From the IMG/VR virus record IMGVR_UViG_2885360797_000005: a stretch of DNA of 64,000 bases; one strand, written 5' to 3'. This DNA comes from a virus (lineage: Duplodnaviria > Caudoviricetes). The position numbers and the translations under genes were made by a program. Of this stretch, positions 62,808 through 64,000 are shown in pieces (the stretch's first letter is position 1; each line of letters starts with the position of its first letter). Under the pieces are notes generated by a model. It was not told where the DNA came from and searched no databases. It saw only the letters and a list, made by a program, of their open reading frames with translations.

Positions 62808-64000
62808 ATGATAGGCACAATTATTGGTGATTTGGCGGCTTGGACGTATGAGAATGAGAGAGAAACATTTTGGAATCAACTCATATCATACAACTATGAT
62901 AAAGTTGAGTTGTCCCTATATGCTCATGCTTATTTGCAAGCAGTCAGCATAAATGTACTTAGTGTACCCAATCAAAATGTCAACATAGTAAGGAATACAG
63001 AATGGTCACCCGAAGAATGGCTAAGAGTTGGCGGACAGTGGTTGATGTGGCAACTTATGTGTGCTTGGAATGACAACTTGGTTTACCCGAATGGTAACGA
63101 GAAACTTCCTTCTGTAGAAAAGGAGGAATACTATGCTCGAATGTTTATGGTAGGACTTATCAGAAAACTCCGACATGGCTACACTAAAAGCGATGCTTAT
63201 CACTCTGACGAAATGTTTGTAGATTTTAGCAAACATTGGAAATGGAAACCTTGGCAAGAATCTATTTCAGAAAAAGATAATTATAGCATCCTTACCTGTG
63301 TGTTTCGTGCTTGGGACTCTTTCTATAGAGGCTTTGATTTCACCTCCTCCATTCATAACGCAATGAAATGGGAAGGAAATAGACATCTTATAGCTATGCT
63401 TACCGCTTCGTTTGCAAGTGCCATGTATGGTTGCCAATACAATCTTATCAAGAAGAAATTTGCGAAGAACGGACAAATAAGCCACTTGTTTGAATTGTAT
63501 TGCTTAGGCGAACATTTTGGCTATCATCATGCCTTATGTCACGAAATGATGGACGAAAACAACGGATTCAGGACATTTTACCCCAAGAATAGAGCTTTAA
63601 CAAACGTGGAACGTCATTTTTGGCAAAGTGTAGCAAACCCTTTTGACCGTCTTATATTTTCAGAATCAGATTATAAAAACATAATGAAGTGCTCACCGAC
63701 GGGATGGGATAACAGATATGGCTTATATTTGGATGATGGATGGTTCTATGTATATAGGAGTGGATGCCTAATAGGACGTTTCATGTTAATAGAAGAAGAT
63801 GGCTATTGGCTGATAAAGAACGTACAATTATCGGGCGAACAACCATGGAGAGAGTTTTGTAATGCCTTATTCTGTGCGTTGACAGAAAGCTGCAACTTAC
63901 GTGGATTTTCAGGAAAATATGAAGATTATGCTTCAATATTCAAGTATTATCAAGGAGAACTGACCTGTCCAGAAAAGTGGAAAAATAACGTATCAGGAAA
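62808..64000 (+). CDS. ADP-ribosylglycohydrolase-like protein (degenerate), 3' end outside the window (not in the ORF track)
   Basis: Manual translation MIGTIIGDLAAWTYE...FTSSIHNAMKWEGNRHLIAMLTASFASAMYG...; open to the window end. Confidence 0.6.
   Translation, partial: MIGTIIGDLAAWTYENERETFWNQLISYNYDKVELSLYAHAYLQAVSINVLSVPNQNVNIVRNTEWSPEEWLRVGGQWLMWQLMCAWNDNLVYPNGNEKLPSVEKEEYYARMFMVGLIRKLRHGYTKSDAYHSDEMFVDFSKHWKWKPWQESISEKDNYSILTCVFRAWDSFYRGFDFTSSIHNAMKWEGNRHLIAMLTASFASAMYGCQYNLIKKKFAKNGQISHLFELYCLGEHFGYHHALCHEMMDENNGFRTFYPKNRALTNVERHFWQSVANPFDRLIFSESDYKNIMKCSPTGWDNRYGLYLDDGWFYVYRSGCLIGRFMLIEEDGYWLIKNVQLSGEQPWREFCNALFCALTESCNLRGFSGKYEDYASIFKYYQGELTCPEKWKNNVSG

Larger units (their letters stand above)
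35699..64000. mobile_element. Integrative element / defence island, continues beyond the right edge
   Basis: Repressor, divergent HTH genes, primase-helicase, iterons, leading-region genes and defence cargo; AT-richer than the prophage. Confidence 0.8.

Overview
The window comes from a Bacteroidales-type genome (TAnnTTTG promoters, typical gene families) and holds two mobile elements stacked at one attachment site. The site carries a stranded copy of a gene 3' end (AQAAIEE*, most likely ppdK) at about 35.68 kb. Left (1 to ~35.7 kb, GC-richer) is the late region and integrase end of a podovirus-like prophage: tail fibre, adaptor, major capsid, scaffold, a putative late activator, TerL, portal, a 6613-aa DarB-like polyvalent protein, ejection proteins, TerS, an ori-like repeat region and a tyrosine integrase. 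Right (~35.7 kb to the end, AT-richer) is an integrative element with repressor, HTH genes and a primase-helicase. Its cargo includes AAA+RloB+DUF169, an iteron origin, a leading-region operon behind an ssDNA-type hairpin promoter, a Type I R-M locus whose hsdS halves are flanked by direct repeats, McrBC, and a radical SAM / Cys-rich HIRAN / ADP-ribosylhydrolase-like cluster. The most striking unexplained signal is inside the giant gene. Each of its two predicted RNase domains is followed by an antisense promoter motif and a compact structured RNA, which suggests RNA antitoxins or decoys nested in the ORF. Other hidden features are a 56-aa paralog of the capsid N-terminus, an overprinted 69-aa ORF, and a late-promoter motif shared at fixed spacing by four promoters. 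All family assignments come from motif recognition by eye; no searches were run.
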